A stretch of DNA of 63,213 nucleotides, counting the filler, from Pelomyxa schiedti (taxonomy: Eukaryota; Protista; Evosea), in the NCBI GenBank assembly GCA_020536535.1. It is 7 parts of 7 records of this genome, joined end to end, with 100 filler letters (N's around TTAATTAATTAA, not from the genome) between each part and the next. Parts side by side here need not be neighbours in the genome. Positions count along the whole stretch, not along the records: positions 1 to 29,643 come from JAHLWZ010000483.1; 6 more parts are not named here. One strand, given 5' to 3'. The position numbers were made by a program, and so were the translations under genes. Under the pieces are notes generated by a model that ran no database searches, was not told where the DNA came from, and was given only the letters and a program-made list of their open reading frames with translations. Shown here one piece after another: positions 11,658 through 22,922 of the stretch (its first letter is position 1; each line of letters opens with the position of its first letter).

Positions 11658-12887
11658 CTATAGGAGGATGCCTAGGGTTATTGCTACTGCAATTGCAACT
11701 ACAATGGCGAGGGCGATGAACATGATTATGCAGAGCTTGCTGCGTGATTTTTTGACACTTTCGTGTGCGGCTCCAAGTTCCTCGACACCTTTCTCCACAG
11801 CTACGTCCGCTCCAATGATGTCGTCCTCGACCTTATCTTGTGTGAAGTGTGAGTTATGGGTCCGCTGGGTTCCCGTGTGTGTTCTATTTTGGGGGGCAAC
11901 ATACTGACGAGTTCTTGTTGTTCGGAAATAAGTTTAGCCAAGTCGTGAACGATGTCATTCACCGCAACTATCTCGGTCTCTAGGGATTGAATAGAATCAT
12001 TTCGGTCCAGTATCAACTGGTCATTGAAGTCAAGCTGATTTCCGACTTGTTCTATCTCATTTCTTGACAAATTAAAGTTGGTATTGTTATTTATGATGAA
12101 CAAAAGATTGCGGTACCTTTGAGCATCTAGTAGCGGCGTTCGCTCCGCTTCACCTTCATCTCTGAGTTCAATTACTCCACTTTGATAAGTGTATTAACAA
12201 TACCTCGCTAGGCTATGCTTCAATGGAATAGGCTGAGCAGCTTTTGCCTTTGCCTGTGTGCCCAGTTTTCCAAATGTCTCACTGTACCGCATGAGGTCTA
12301 CACGAAGTCTCTCTCGCCGGGCCTTTATCTACAAATATCCTCTTCAGAAAGGAATACTATGTGGGTGGGAGGAACCTCTTTTTCCGAGTATCCATCACAT
12401 GCAGTGACTGGAAGTAGTAGTATCGACTTAAAAAGAACCGCCCCGTCTCTGCATTGCTTCTCGCATTGAGAAAGTAGTGCAAACCTTTTTTTTTTGTTTT
12501 TGATAAGGTTGGGAGTTATAAAGAAAAGAATAAACTAGGTACATTCTGGCTCTGTTTTCTTTTGAATCTCTGCTGGTTCCCATCATTTCCAGGAGTTCTG
12601 TTACATTCCCTTCGATTTGAATAATATTGTCTATCTATTCCATCGTTAGGCCTCCTGGCAACCCTATTTGACCACGTCACCATCATCTGCAGCCGATTCA
12701 ATTGTGAGATTATTTTCTCTGTGGGCTCGTCAACAACTATTCCCGCGGAGTGCGAGGAACTCACAGTGACGCCGCTAGAGAGCCCCGAATGCGAATTAGG
12801 GGATGAAAATGACGTCGGAGAGGCAGCACCCCCTCCTCGCGACAGAGGTTTCGCGTTGGGGTTGTTGGCCAAATCATCAAAGCTCAT
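11658..12887 (-). CDS. syntaxin (Qa-SNARE), syntaxin-7/12/PEP12-like, multi-exon
   Basis: SNARE motif ILDRNDSIQSLETEIVAVNDIVHDLAKLISEQQE..DVAVEKGVEELGAARK followed by a C-terminal TM segment CIIMFIALAIVVAIAVAITLGILL*. Confidence 0.88.
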
Positions 12888-13057
12888 TTCTGCCTCACCC
12901 CTGTCTCTTCGGCTTTTTCTTGTCTGCGAAGCGTCTGCTGGGGTTCCCCTAATTCAGTTTGGGTGATGGTTTTGGCCAAGATGTAGGCAAGACGCCCAAA
13001 TTCAATTTGGGTGGAGCTCCATTGCGTGAGATTCGATCTAAAGTGCAAGCAACCTCA

Positions 13058-13138
13058 CCCTGCCACGGAGGAGACGGGGGTTCGACTCCCCCCTTGTGCA
13101 AATTCCAGAAGCACAAGTGGTCTAACGGCATGATTCCT
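13058..13138 (+). tRNA. circularly permuted tRNA-Gly(GCC): 3' half 13058-13100, 10-nt spacer, 5' half 13111-13138
   Basis: joining 5' half + 3' half gives a 71-nt cloverleaf with 7/7 acceptor stem (GCACAAG/CTTGTGC), D arm with GG, 5/5 anticodon stem CCTCC/GGAGG, loop CTGCCAC, 5/5 T stem with TTCGACT and discriminator A; no 5' half is visible upstream. Confidence 0.85.
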
Positions 13139-13727
13139 TATGGTTGCTTGTGCGCTCCCTTGAGACGCTAATCACTCCAAACGAAAAATGTCTCTCTGGG
13201 ATTCAGATTGAGCTCTGTCCTCACCCCCACCCCTTGTTCTTTTTTTTTTTTGTCGTCCATTTCTTTACAACGCCTGTTGTGCTGTCAAAGTGTCCGTCTG
13301 CGACAGGTGCCAAAGATCCAGTGTTCATCACATTTAAAATCGATTTTCAGGAAATAAATAAGAAGGTGAGGAGTGACGTCGTGTGGCGATATAATATATT
13401 GGTCGTGTGAGGACGCATGTGGAATCTGTTGCTTGTGGTGCCTACGTGGTTGCCTTCTTTGCTTAACAGTATAGCAATAGCAATTATTTACGGTGGATAC
13501 AATGGTTGGTCCTTTTTTTTTTTCCCCTCCCCCGTCTTCCTCCTCTTGTGGTTTTTGCAAATCGCGTTGTTTTTTTTGCATTACAAATGGAGCCTTGACT
13601 TTTTTTTTCCCTTCCTTCCTACGGAATTCTTTCTTTGTGGCATGCTGACCGATTGATTAATAGTATCACCACCAATGGGTATAGTACATTTACTACCTTT
13701 TTTTTTTTTTTTTGTTCCCTTTCTTAC

Positions 13728-14240
13728 ATGACCTACCACTCTCCACAAAAAGGAACAAGTGATGCTGACTACAGGATGGAGCAAATGTCGGCATTCCAGC
13801 TTTTACTAACCGCTACAAGAATATCAACAGTAGGTTTGGCAAGAGCAGTTAATAGCATGTTCTTACCTGGGGTGAGCTTTTTAATTCATTTTTGAAATGC
13901 CGGTTTTTCTTTTTTTTAATCTTGATTACAGTGTTTGTACTGCATGGGAGTATTTGTTGTACTGTGCTTTGGGGCGATGCTCAGTCTAATGTCAGTGCAA
14001 GAGGGATACCGAACCAGACGTAGGGTTCTCAAGAGAGTGTTGATCTGCTTTATCGGAACTGTCATCATTCAGCTACTTCTGCCCTCTTTCCTGCAGCCGT
14101 ATCTCCCGGCCTGGGGAATGCTTTACACCGTATTTTCATATGCGCTATGGATTTGGTCAAGCATTTTTGAACCCAGACCCGCCGCGTATGATGTCGTGAA
14201 ACCCCTACCACCACACGACACCAACACAAAGAGAGACTAG
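13728..14240 (+). CDS. small hypothetical multi-pass membrane protein
   Basis: GT-AG intron 13872-13931 joins the exons in frame; several hydrophobic segments; start uncertain. Confidence 0.5.
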
Positions 14241-14422
14241 ACTATGTATAAAACCGACCAAAATAAGCTGGGACACACTATCCCATTTTGCTTCAAAGCT
14301 TTTTGCTTTTTGAAAAAAAAAAAAAGGAACAGTATAACCACAAAAGGATTTCTTTTTATGAGCATTTTTTTGGGTGGGCCAAAATTGGTGAGTGTTTGAC
14401 ACCAAACATCTCTACCTGGGGC

Positions 14423-16532
14423 TCATTGTAATAAGAGCTTCTTAGCGTCATTAGCCTGTTGGGCTTTCTTGCCTCTGGATGGAACAATCACCAAAGCAAG
14501 CAAGAATCCAATAGCTACCAGTCCGGCACAGGAGGCGAAAACAACCTTTTTTGAGGTTAGTATAGTGTGAGAAGAATTTGAATTTGTTCAACTTACAGTG
14601 TAGCCTATGTGCTCATACATTTGCTTGAAGCCCTCGCTTAATGAGGTACTGTTGCTGGAAGAAGTGAAAACAGAACTGCTGCTCGAGTGCGGAATTGCCC
14701 AAAGCTGTAGCACACTTCCTTTGGAAAGGGTAAGAGATAGATAACAGTAAAATTAGAATGCGGACTTACCAACACCGAATTGGCCTATCAGCTGTCCAAA
14801 AGTTGCCATCAGAGCAAACTCCCCAAGGAATTTCCCGCTATCGCGGTTGCTTGGGAGGCAGTCACAGGCCAAAGCAGTCTCCACACAGGGATAAAGTCCT
14901 CCTCCAAGTCCATACACCGCAACTATTAGATTGTTATGTTTTGGTAGATAGAAATAAACTACTAACCAGCAACCCAAACACCAGCGAGGTTTTGTACAAA
15001 AGCCCAGAGGCCAACTGCAACGGCAAGAATGCCCAAGCCGGCAACTACGAAGGGCTTTCTGCTAAGTCTATCACTCAGCATTCCAGTTGGAATCGCAACA
15101 ATTATGGCTGTGAATAAAGTTACCATTCCCATTTGTCCAACAACCTAGCAGAGCTTAAGTGGTACGGAAATATTTGAATTCATCATACAGCTTCTGCATT
15201 AGATATCTGCAGTGTATCTCCGACCCAATATTGCATATAAGTAGCTGCACCTGTACTGACATAGTACAGCACTCGAATAGCCAACAGGAGGGTAAAGTCA
15301 ATGTGCCTCAAGGGAGAAAACCTTAGAACGTGTGAGTAGGAATAATAGAACGTGAAGTGAGTACATGAATGGAGTGATAACACTTTTGATGGACTTAATT
15401 CTTTTAGAAGCACAAGATGTCCCGCTTTCAATATTTCCTTCTTCAGCTGGCTTTGGGGGTCTGACAAACGCTTTTTCTCGTGCAAATAAAATCGTTGGAA
15501 TAAGAAGCACAATGGACAAGGCAGCGAATACGAGAAGGCAAATCCATGTTGAAATTCCCAGTCCAAAAAGCCCAAAGCCTGTGTGACAAATAAGGTTCAA
15601 AAACTTCAAGAAAGTGTTAGAATACCGAGTGCACTGCCAATCAGGTTGTACAGGCCCATTATGCCATTTGCAATTCCATGTTGAGTTTGGGGAAGCAAGT
15701 CAGTGAACAGCGTAGGAATGAGAGAATTTCCGCAAGCAACCCCAAAGAACTGCAGTAGATAAGAAAAGCGATGAATGACTTAGAAAAATACCGCGATAAC
15801 ATAGCCAACGCCAACAAGCCAGAGAGCTTTGACGGCACTTCCAACAGTCCATACTACGCACCCAACTGTCAACATGAGAGCTGCAAAGGAAATAAATAAT
15901 CTCCTTCTCCCTGTGGGTATTCACAGTTAGGAAGGCATTGACTTTTGGTGCACCAACCATATCTAAAGGTGCAACCATCAGAGAGGTAGACAATAAGTAA
16001 GCCTAGTATTTGCATTGCAGACCCACAAGCCGAGATTATTCCCGTGACCACAGAGGCCTTATCCGGAGCAAGATCAGCAACGTCTGCCGGTAGTGCTATC
16101 ATAGAACCGCCTTGGTTTACAGCCGAACAAGCAGCTGCCCACTATTTGTTGGTCAGTATTAATATTACCGAGAAATTTGTATATGGTAATTATTACATTT
16201 ATAGGAAAGTGTGTTTTTATTCAATTAATGGATGATCAAAGGGGAAGAAAACTCACAGCAAGCATTCCGGCGATCAAGTACCACTTCACTTTATTGGATT
16301 CCTCAGATTTGGTGGCGTTCTTCCCATCGTCATTCTTATCAGGCACAGGCACAGGCATTCCCTTTTGTGGTGTTTGGTCCATAATCTTAACAACATCCTC
16401 CACCCCACCACGCCCCTCCTCCTCATCATTCTCTTTGTTGTTGGTGTTGTTTCCACCTTCAATGGTGGTTACCTTTAAATGCTGCTGTTCCTCATCATCA
16501 TTTATTTGTTGTTGTTGTGATTGCGGTTCCAT
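14423..16532 (-). CDS. MFS transporter (SLC45/sucrose-symporter-like or MFS_1), multi-exon
   Basis: many TM exons; MFS motifs IVYLSDGCTFRYG and GMLSDRLSRKPF; TALACDCLPSNRDSGKFLG. Confidence 0.82.
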
Positions 16533-16977
16533 TTCGTAATAAATGCAACTGCACGGTTCGTACGGCGTATATTCTGATGATATTGATGGTGTTGAGTTGT
16601 TACTGGTTTTCAATACACGACGAAATGTAAACGCTGCCGTTGGTGTCGGTTCGGTTTTGAATCGTTGTACGGTTGTATTCGTTGGGTGTTTTGTTTCGTG
16701 TTTCGTTTCGTTCGTTGTTAGTTTGTGTGAAACCTTTGTGCTGGGCTAGTTCATTTGTTTATAAGTCTCATCTCCCCACAACTACAAAAAAAAAACAAGA
16801 CCAAAGTGCCACCCCAAATCCACATCACCACAACGACCCATTATTTTTCGTTTTTTCCCCTCACCTGCTGTGAGGCTCTCGTGGGTCTTTTGGGGAAAGC
16901 ATTGATCTGTTATCCGTTCGCTGAAACAAGATCAATCACACGGAACTGTGAAATGAATGGAATCCACCAGTGTTTAT

Positions 16978-18076
16978 TTATGGGTTGTTGATGTTTGGTG
17001 GTTGTGGTGGTGTCAGGGTGTTGTTGCGGGGCCGGGAGGCTTCTGCCTGGGCTGCCCATAATTGTATTTGGGGGTGTGTGAATACTGTGCGGGTGGAGTC
17101 AAAGAACTGCGAGAGGTCAAGGTGAGGTTGCTCACGCTCATACTCTGCAGCTTGCACTATCTGTTGTGAAAATGTTAGAATTGGTTTCGCTGAAGTGCTT
17201 GTGAGGAGTTGAGGGATCGCATTTATTATCCTTATTATTTTTGTACGGCTATTATGTTGGTTTATATATTTGGTTTGTTGAGTTAGAGTCTAGGAGGGGT
17301 GGGACCGGCTAACCATTTCTAGTTTGTCCAATTGCTTTGCAATCTTGGCTTCTGGTGAGGTTCCTTCTTCAAACTCACGCCACAGGTCGCGGGCGTGTCC
17401 CATTGCGGCGAATGAAGCGCACATTGCATCAAAGGCATGTGACTCACGAGATACTTTATCGCTTTCAGCAACATTGTCATGTGGAGTGATGTCTCCAACA
17501 ATGGATTCCGCCACGTCGTGAACCAGGCACATCTTCACCAGCTTATCTTTATTCCAGTCAACTGCACACGAGTTAAGCCACTCCCCCAATTCCCTAATCA
17601 ACGTCAATAACAATTAACTTCTTTATAATATTAATCTCTCCGTTGCCATTCCCTAATAACAAGTAGTCATAAAATTATGAAGGACGGCCCATAGGCCCAT
17701 AATCTCAACCGCCCCGCTGACGTTTCCATCATATGCTATTGATGGAAAAGTCCGCGGTGGCGGTGTGGTTGTAGTAGTAGTATGTGGCTGTGATAACCAA
17801 TCATCTTGGCAATTAATTAATAAACACACCGGCGACGTTCCCATCGTCAGACAGCAGCATGGCCAGCAACGCGGTCCTGTGCATGTGCTCGGCAACAGAT
17901 TCGACTCGGCTACTGCTGACACTCGTACTTGTGGTACATGACGGCGGGGGAATGGTGTCAAGTACCCCGGACCTGACCCACCCAGTCCGTCGCAGTGTCT
18001 TGAGGCGGCGCAAGTGTCCCATGATCCCTATGAACCCATCCCCGCTCCCCGTCGGTTCTCGCCCTTGTGCTGACAT
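16978..18076 (-). CDS. HDDC2: HD-domain 5'-deoxynucleotidase, HDDC2-like
   Basis: LKTLRRTGWV, ESVAEHMHR, KMCLVHDVAESIVGDITP, WREFEEGTSPEAKIAKQLDKLEM, LQAAEYE. Confidence 0.9.
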
Positions 18077-18190
18077 CTCTTTCGGCGAGAAAAGATTTGG
18101 GCTACGCGATGATCATCAGAAAAAACTTACAACAAGTGCTTGATGTTGAACAAACAAAGGAAAAGAGAGACGGATTGGATGGGACCAAGC

Positions 18191-20685
18191 TCAGCAGCTG
18201 CAAATGCTGTCAACGTGTTCCTTTGTCATCAGTCCTCTGGCACCGAGCTCCTTGGCAAACCACTGCTCCACTTTGGTACCGTAGGCGATCTGATCCCTGA
18301 ATGATGGGATCGAGGTGCCTTGCTTGTTGTACGGCACATCAGGCGATGCACCACTCTTCAGAAGCGCATTCAGCGTGTGGGAATTCAAGTTGCTTTGATG
18401 CAGAACCTTGGCCATTATGGCACCGGCAACATCAGTACTGAAGGAGGGCGACTTGGCCAGTTCCAGGATCACCTGGGACACTTTGTAGTCATAGTAATTC
18501 TCACACCTCTTGGAGAATAGAGCATCCAAGGCATCACCAGCTGTTGCGGAGGCCCCCTTTTTAGCTAGCAGTGTGCAGCAGTCACTCCAATTGTTCTTGT
18601 GAACAGCAGTTACAAATGGAGTTTGGCCGTTGGGTCCAGTTTCGTTAACATCAGCCCCTGCTGCTAGTACAGCTTCTGCTTTGGCTTCCATGTCATCTTC
18701 TGAGCTGAGTGCTGCACTCACGTAGGTTTTGTGTTCTGGGTGCTTGCTTGTTGGTGCGGATACAAGTGGGGTTGACTTCTCAAACCCCTTGAGGAGGATC
18801 TTGAGAGTATCTGGGTGGCCATACCTTAGCGCTGAGAAAAGAACCTTCTTCTTCTGTTTCCCTTGAAGAATTGTTGGATCAGCACCGGCTGCTAAAAGCC
18901 TCTCAACGGCAAATGAGCCCTTTGAGACGGCAGCAGCCCAGTAAAGTGCTGTGTGGCCTGTTTCATCAGGTTTATTCACGAGAGGCGCAACCTTGGCAAA
19001 CACAACATCAAAAGCTTCCTTTTGAATTTCCTTGCTGAAACAGAGAGCACGGAACCCTCTCAGCGGGTCAGCCCCATCATCAAGCAGCTTCTGAATGACA
19101 GTAGTGCATTGCCCGAAGCAAGAGGCAGTGAATACATCGAGAATGGGGGCCTTTGGGCCATCGGAAGGGTGTCCTGTGGCTGTAACAGCCAGTGAGAGGT
19201 CCGCACCACTTGACTTTATAACACTAAGTACAAAATCAGAAAGCCCCTGAGTGCATGCTTCCAGAAGAGGAGTGACTTGGTACTGGCAATCTCTAATAGT
19301 AATAGGAGTGGTGTATGTCATATCAGCGCCAGCTTCAAAGAGTGCTGCAGCACAATGACTTCTTCCCTTCTGCCGAATAGCTTGGGACATCAGCCTCATC
19401 TTCCGCTCTGTTAGTAGGTCAGAGTTGATGTCAATAGCCTTGCTTGAGACTGCATGATTGACTAAAATCTTGAATACATTAATTCCAGCTTCCAAGGCAT
19501 AGTCCCAAGCTGTTTGACCAGATTGGCTCTTTATAGTTGTGTCACCGCCGGCCTCCAGCAACGCTTTCACTGCCATTGGGTTGGATTTGCAGATAGCGGC
19601 GATAAGAGGAGTTGAGGTTCCAACTCTCTTGATAAAGTTGGAGTCAGAGATAGAGCGGGTCATGACTTGGTTTGGGGAAGCGCCGTGCTTGAGCAACTCT
19701 TCAGCAACGAGGGCATCATTTGGCTTGCGGGATTCTATAATTTGGGCATCTCTGTTGAACCGCTCCTCGTTTGTGTAGTCTGGGTCCTCTCTGTCAAACA
19801 CCATCCAAAGTGGAGAAGGATCGCCGGAGATATCGGCACCGCCGGCAATCAACATTTTGACAATATCTAGGCTACAGGCGCGGAAACAGGCATAAGCCAA
19901 TGGTGGGACGTTACTGCCTAGCCTCCACGTCTTGAGAATCTCCCACTTACATGGCCGCTCTTGAAGAAGTAACTTTACTGTGGGTACAGAATCTGTTTTC
20001 ATGGCTTCATAAAGTTGCCTGACTTGATCCGCAATGTAACCCTCGGGGAGTGTCCAATTTATCAGCAAGTGAACTTTCCCGGATGTTACTCCCTTGCACA
20101 GTTTGTTAGCCATCCTGAATGAAAAAATAAGCAAGCTTACCTTGAGGTCTATCCACACATCGTTGTCAACATTGGAAGGGTAGCTGAACACATCCAAATC
20201 AAAGTTCCCAAGTTTATCACTTCCAATGAAGTCTTTATCCTGTGCGTACTTAAGTTATGTATGAGGAAAAGTACAAGGGTTACCCAGCACATCAAATGAA
20301 TGAGTTCATTTTCCGCCAAGGAAAGGGAAGCAAATTTTTCATTCCACTGGAAGTAATGTAAGAAAAAGAAATCGAAGTTACGACGTTCACACACTGTAGG
20401 GTTGAGGTTCTTATCAATAACTTTTGTGCGCAATTTCTTGTTCTTCCCGTACACTAACTCAACGTATGGGTCTATCACAAATTGCCAATTAGTCCCGATA
20501 TTAATAATTGATCCCTAATTTAAATTTTTTATTTTTTATATCAAATTTTTGTACAAGATAAGAGTTTTCAAATGCAGACGGAACGAGCACACACCCGAGG
20601 AGCCATTTGAGTCCGCGGAAATCAGGTCCTTGGCCTCAACAACAGTAATTGATGCCTCAAATGTGAGGGCACTTGCACTTGCCAT
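18191..20685 (-). CDS. C2-domain plus ankyrin-repeat protein
   Basis: spliced N-terminus ITVVEAKDLISADSNGSS/DPYV..RTKVIDKNLNP; about 10 ankyrin-like repeats (TPLIAAI, TALYWAA, GADVNETGPNGQTPF) in the large exon. Confidence 0.85.
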
Positions 20686-21036
20686 TGCGTTGTGTATCTG
20701 TCAGTACCACCCAATCCTTGTTGCTTTCTCAATTTGCTTTTCTCTGCCCTCTTTTCGTTGATGCTGACCTGACGTCTTTGCAGAGAAGAGCTTTCTTAAA
20801 CGAAAACTGAGGGAATAAAAAACCCAGAAACGCCGATCCTGACGATGATAACGACTAGGTCATGACGGCATCAAAAGCAAAAAAATTCTCCAGACTTGAA
20901 CTGAAATGACAGTTTTCTACTGTGACAGTTCACTTATGGATGCAACACACAGGATGGTGAGATTCGCCCCTTTGGGATCCGCGTTTGTTGTTCTCTCTGG
21001 AGACAAATCAAAAGTCTCACCAACCAGTACGAATTG

Positions 21037-22219
21037 ATGATGCGGAAAGGCGACAGCACGACGGCGACGGGTGCGGATGTGGTTGCTGTTCGGGACGTAG
21101 AGGACGACGTCAACGGGTGGAGTGCCGACGTAACGGATCTGCTGTCGCTCGTTGCGAAGGACGCTGTCACTGCCCAGCAATCCGCAGAACAGTTCTATCA
21201 ACTCGACTCAAACGTGCGTGTGAAAGCCAACCAACTCCCCCCCGTGCTCTTGTTCATTTATGTTCAATGTTTTTTTTTTACTGAGATTTTTTTTTTTACA
21301 CTTGGAGCGCTCCTCCTCCCTCTTTTTTTTCTTTTAATTCTGGAAATCAGGTTGAAATTCTATTGCAGCAAGTTACACAAGCAAAGAAAGCATGCGCGTT
21401 GGCGGAGAAGGTTTTTATTTTCGTCACTCTCATGTGCTTTTTCACTACAGCTCCCACAGAAACTTACTCAAGTCGAGCAAGACCAACGGGACATGTCCGA
21501 AAAAATCAGTCAATTAGAGAAGGGTCTCCCAGCAGAGGGTTCCCTCGACAAAGAGTGTGCATTATGAAAAAATGGCATATCATTTTAACTGTATGACACA
21601 AAGAGCAGCAAGGTTGAGCCTGTTTGTTGACAGGATGGTTGAGCTTGAGCAACGCCTGGAATTATTGGATCCTCAACTCGCAGGCGGGCTTGCCCCAGGC
21701 AGCAAGTTGGACCAGGAACTACAAGAATCACTTGGGGACATTGCTCAGATCAACCAAATAATCGAGGAGATCAGTGAGAAAATGCGCGGTGATGCCGACG
21801 ATGACAGCTGCTACGGCTATGACGATGGATGCTATGAAGAACAAGAAGCAGAGCCCGAGGAAGAGGTAGCATACCGGTCCCCCAACAACCCAACGCCCCC
21901 GCAACACTTCACCCCCCAGCTTCCACAACAACACCAACCACAATTCATTTCGCGCATATCTCCTTCTCCAACACAAAGGTCACCGGTTCTACACACATCA
22001 CCACCGCTTCTATCTCCGCGGTCCCTATCCGCTTCCCGCAAAACACCCTCGCCCACATCCACATTCACAAACAACTCAGCCGGACTTCCACCACCACTGT
22101 TCCCGCTGCACCGGGGATCATCACCAACCTCAAACTCCACCCCAACAATAACAACAGGCAAAGGTCACTCAGCCTCATTGACACCAATCACACTAGGCCC
22201 CAGGCCTCAATACTTTTAA
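21037..22219 (+). CDS. hypothetical coiled-coil protein with Pro/Ser-rich tail, multi-exon
   Basis: three open exons separated by T-rich introns; heptad-like LVELEQRLELL..LGDIAQINQIIEEISEKM. Confidence 0.55.
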
Positions 22220-22355
22220 ACCCAGAACGTAACATCAAACAATCAATCATCCTCGAGTCGAAAAAGAAAAGGAAGAGAAACAGTAAAAGAAAGCAAGTCC
22301 TGTATTGTCAAGACATTGCAAAGTGTCAAAATCGTAGGATTTATTTCTTTCCTAG

Positions 22356-22646
22356 TGTGACGAGGTGACTTCGCGTCGCTGAAGTGCTCAGTACGGTTCT
22401 AATCACTGATGGATTTCTGGGAAAACTACTGAGGGAGATTCAGGCGACACCTAGAACTGATTCTAGCGCTTTTATAAGGCGGGAACACCATCGTAGTTAA
22501 TCCAAGCAAAAGCTAAAGTAATAAACAATAAACTCTTGTGTTTGTATTCGGGTTCTTTCTCCCTTACTACACAAGTAAAACAACAACCATCGACACACAC
22601 CCCACTGTGTGGTGGTCACTATCCCAACCCAATCTACCTCGGCACA
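22356..22646 (+). mobile_element. solo LTR, 291 bp (copy 1)
   Basis: TGTG..CACA termini with a 10/11 inverted repeat; flanked by CCTAG/CCGAG (4/5 TSD); TATA-like TTTATAAG at 22471, AATAAA at 22520 and 22527; homologous to 53466-53726 and 63093-63213. Confidence 0.8.
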
Positions 22647-22922
22647 CCGAGCATCACAAGTCCTCAAAAACAGTGGGACAGGGCAATAGCACCAGATCTT
22701 CATCAAATGAAGCCACGAAACCTTCCAGCACATGGTCCAATAGATGAGCCTCTGGGAAACGAAGCCTTATCTCCTTCCCCAAAGAAAAACCCTAACGCAT
22801 AATTTTTTTTTTTTTTTTGATTTCGTTTCACCTGAAAAAGAGTGTGGTTTGGAGGACAAAACCGTACCAACACCCATACGACCGACAACCATAATTGCGA
22901 ACCAACATTATTATCTGCCACC

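Noticed and set aside
12960-13100. Ordinary or intron-containing tRNA-Gly with its 5' half upstream
   Set aside because: No GCACAAG acceptor strand or D arm lies upstream; the only matching 5' half is downstream.
13049-13146. Strict bulge-helix-bulge motif at the permuted tRNA junction
   Set aside because: I tested registers 25/26 to 30/31 by hand; none gives a 4-bp central helix with two 3-nt bulges. Only a 3x3 internal loop next to a long helix is supported.
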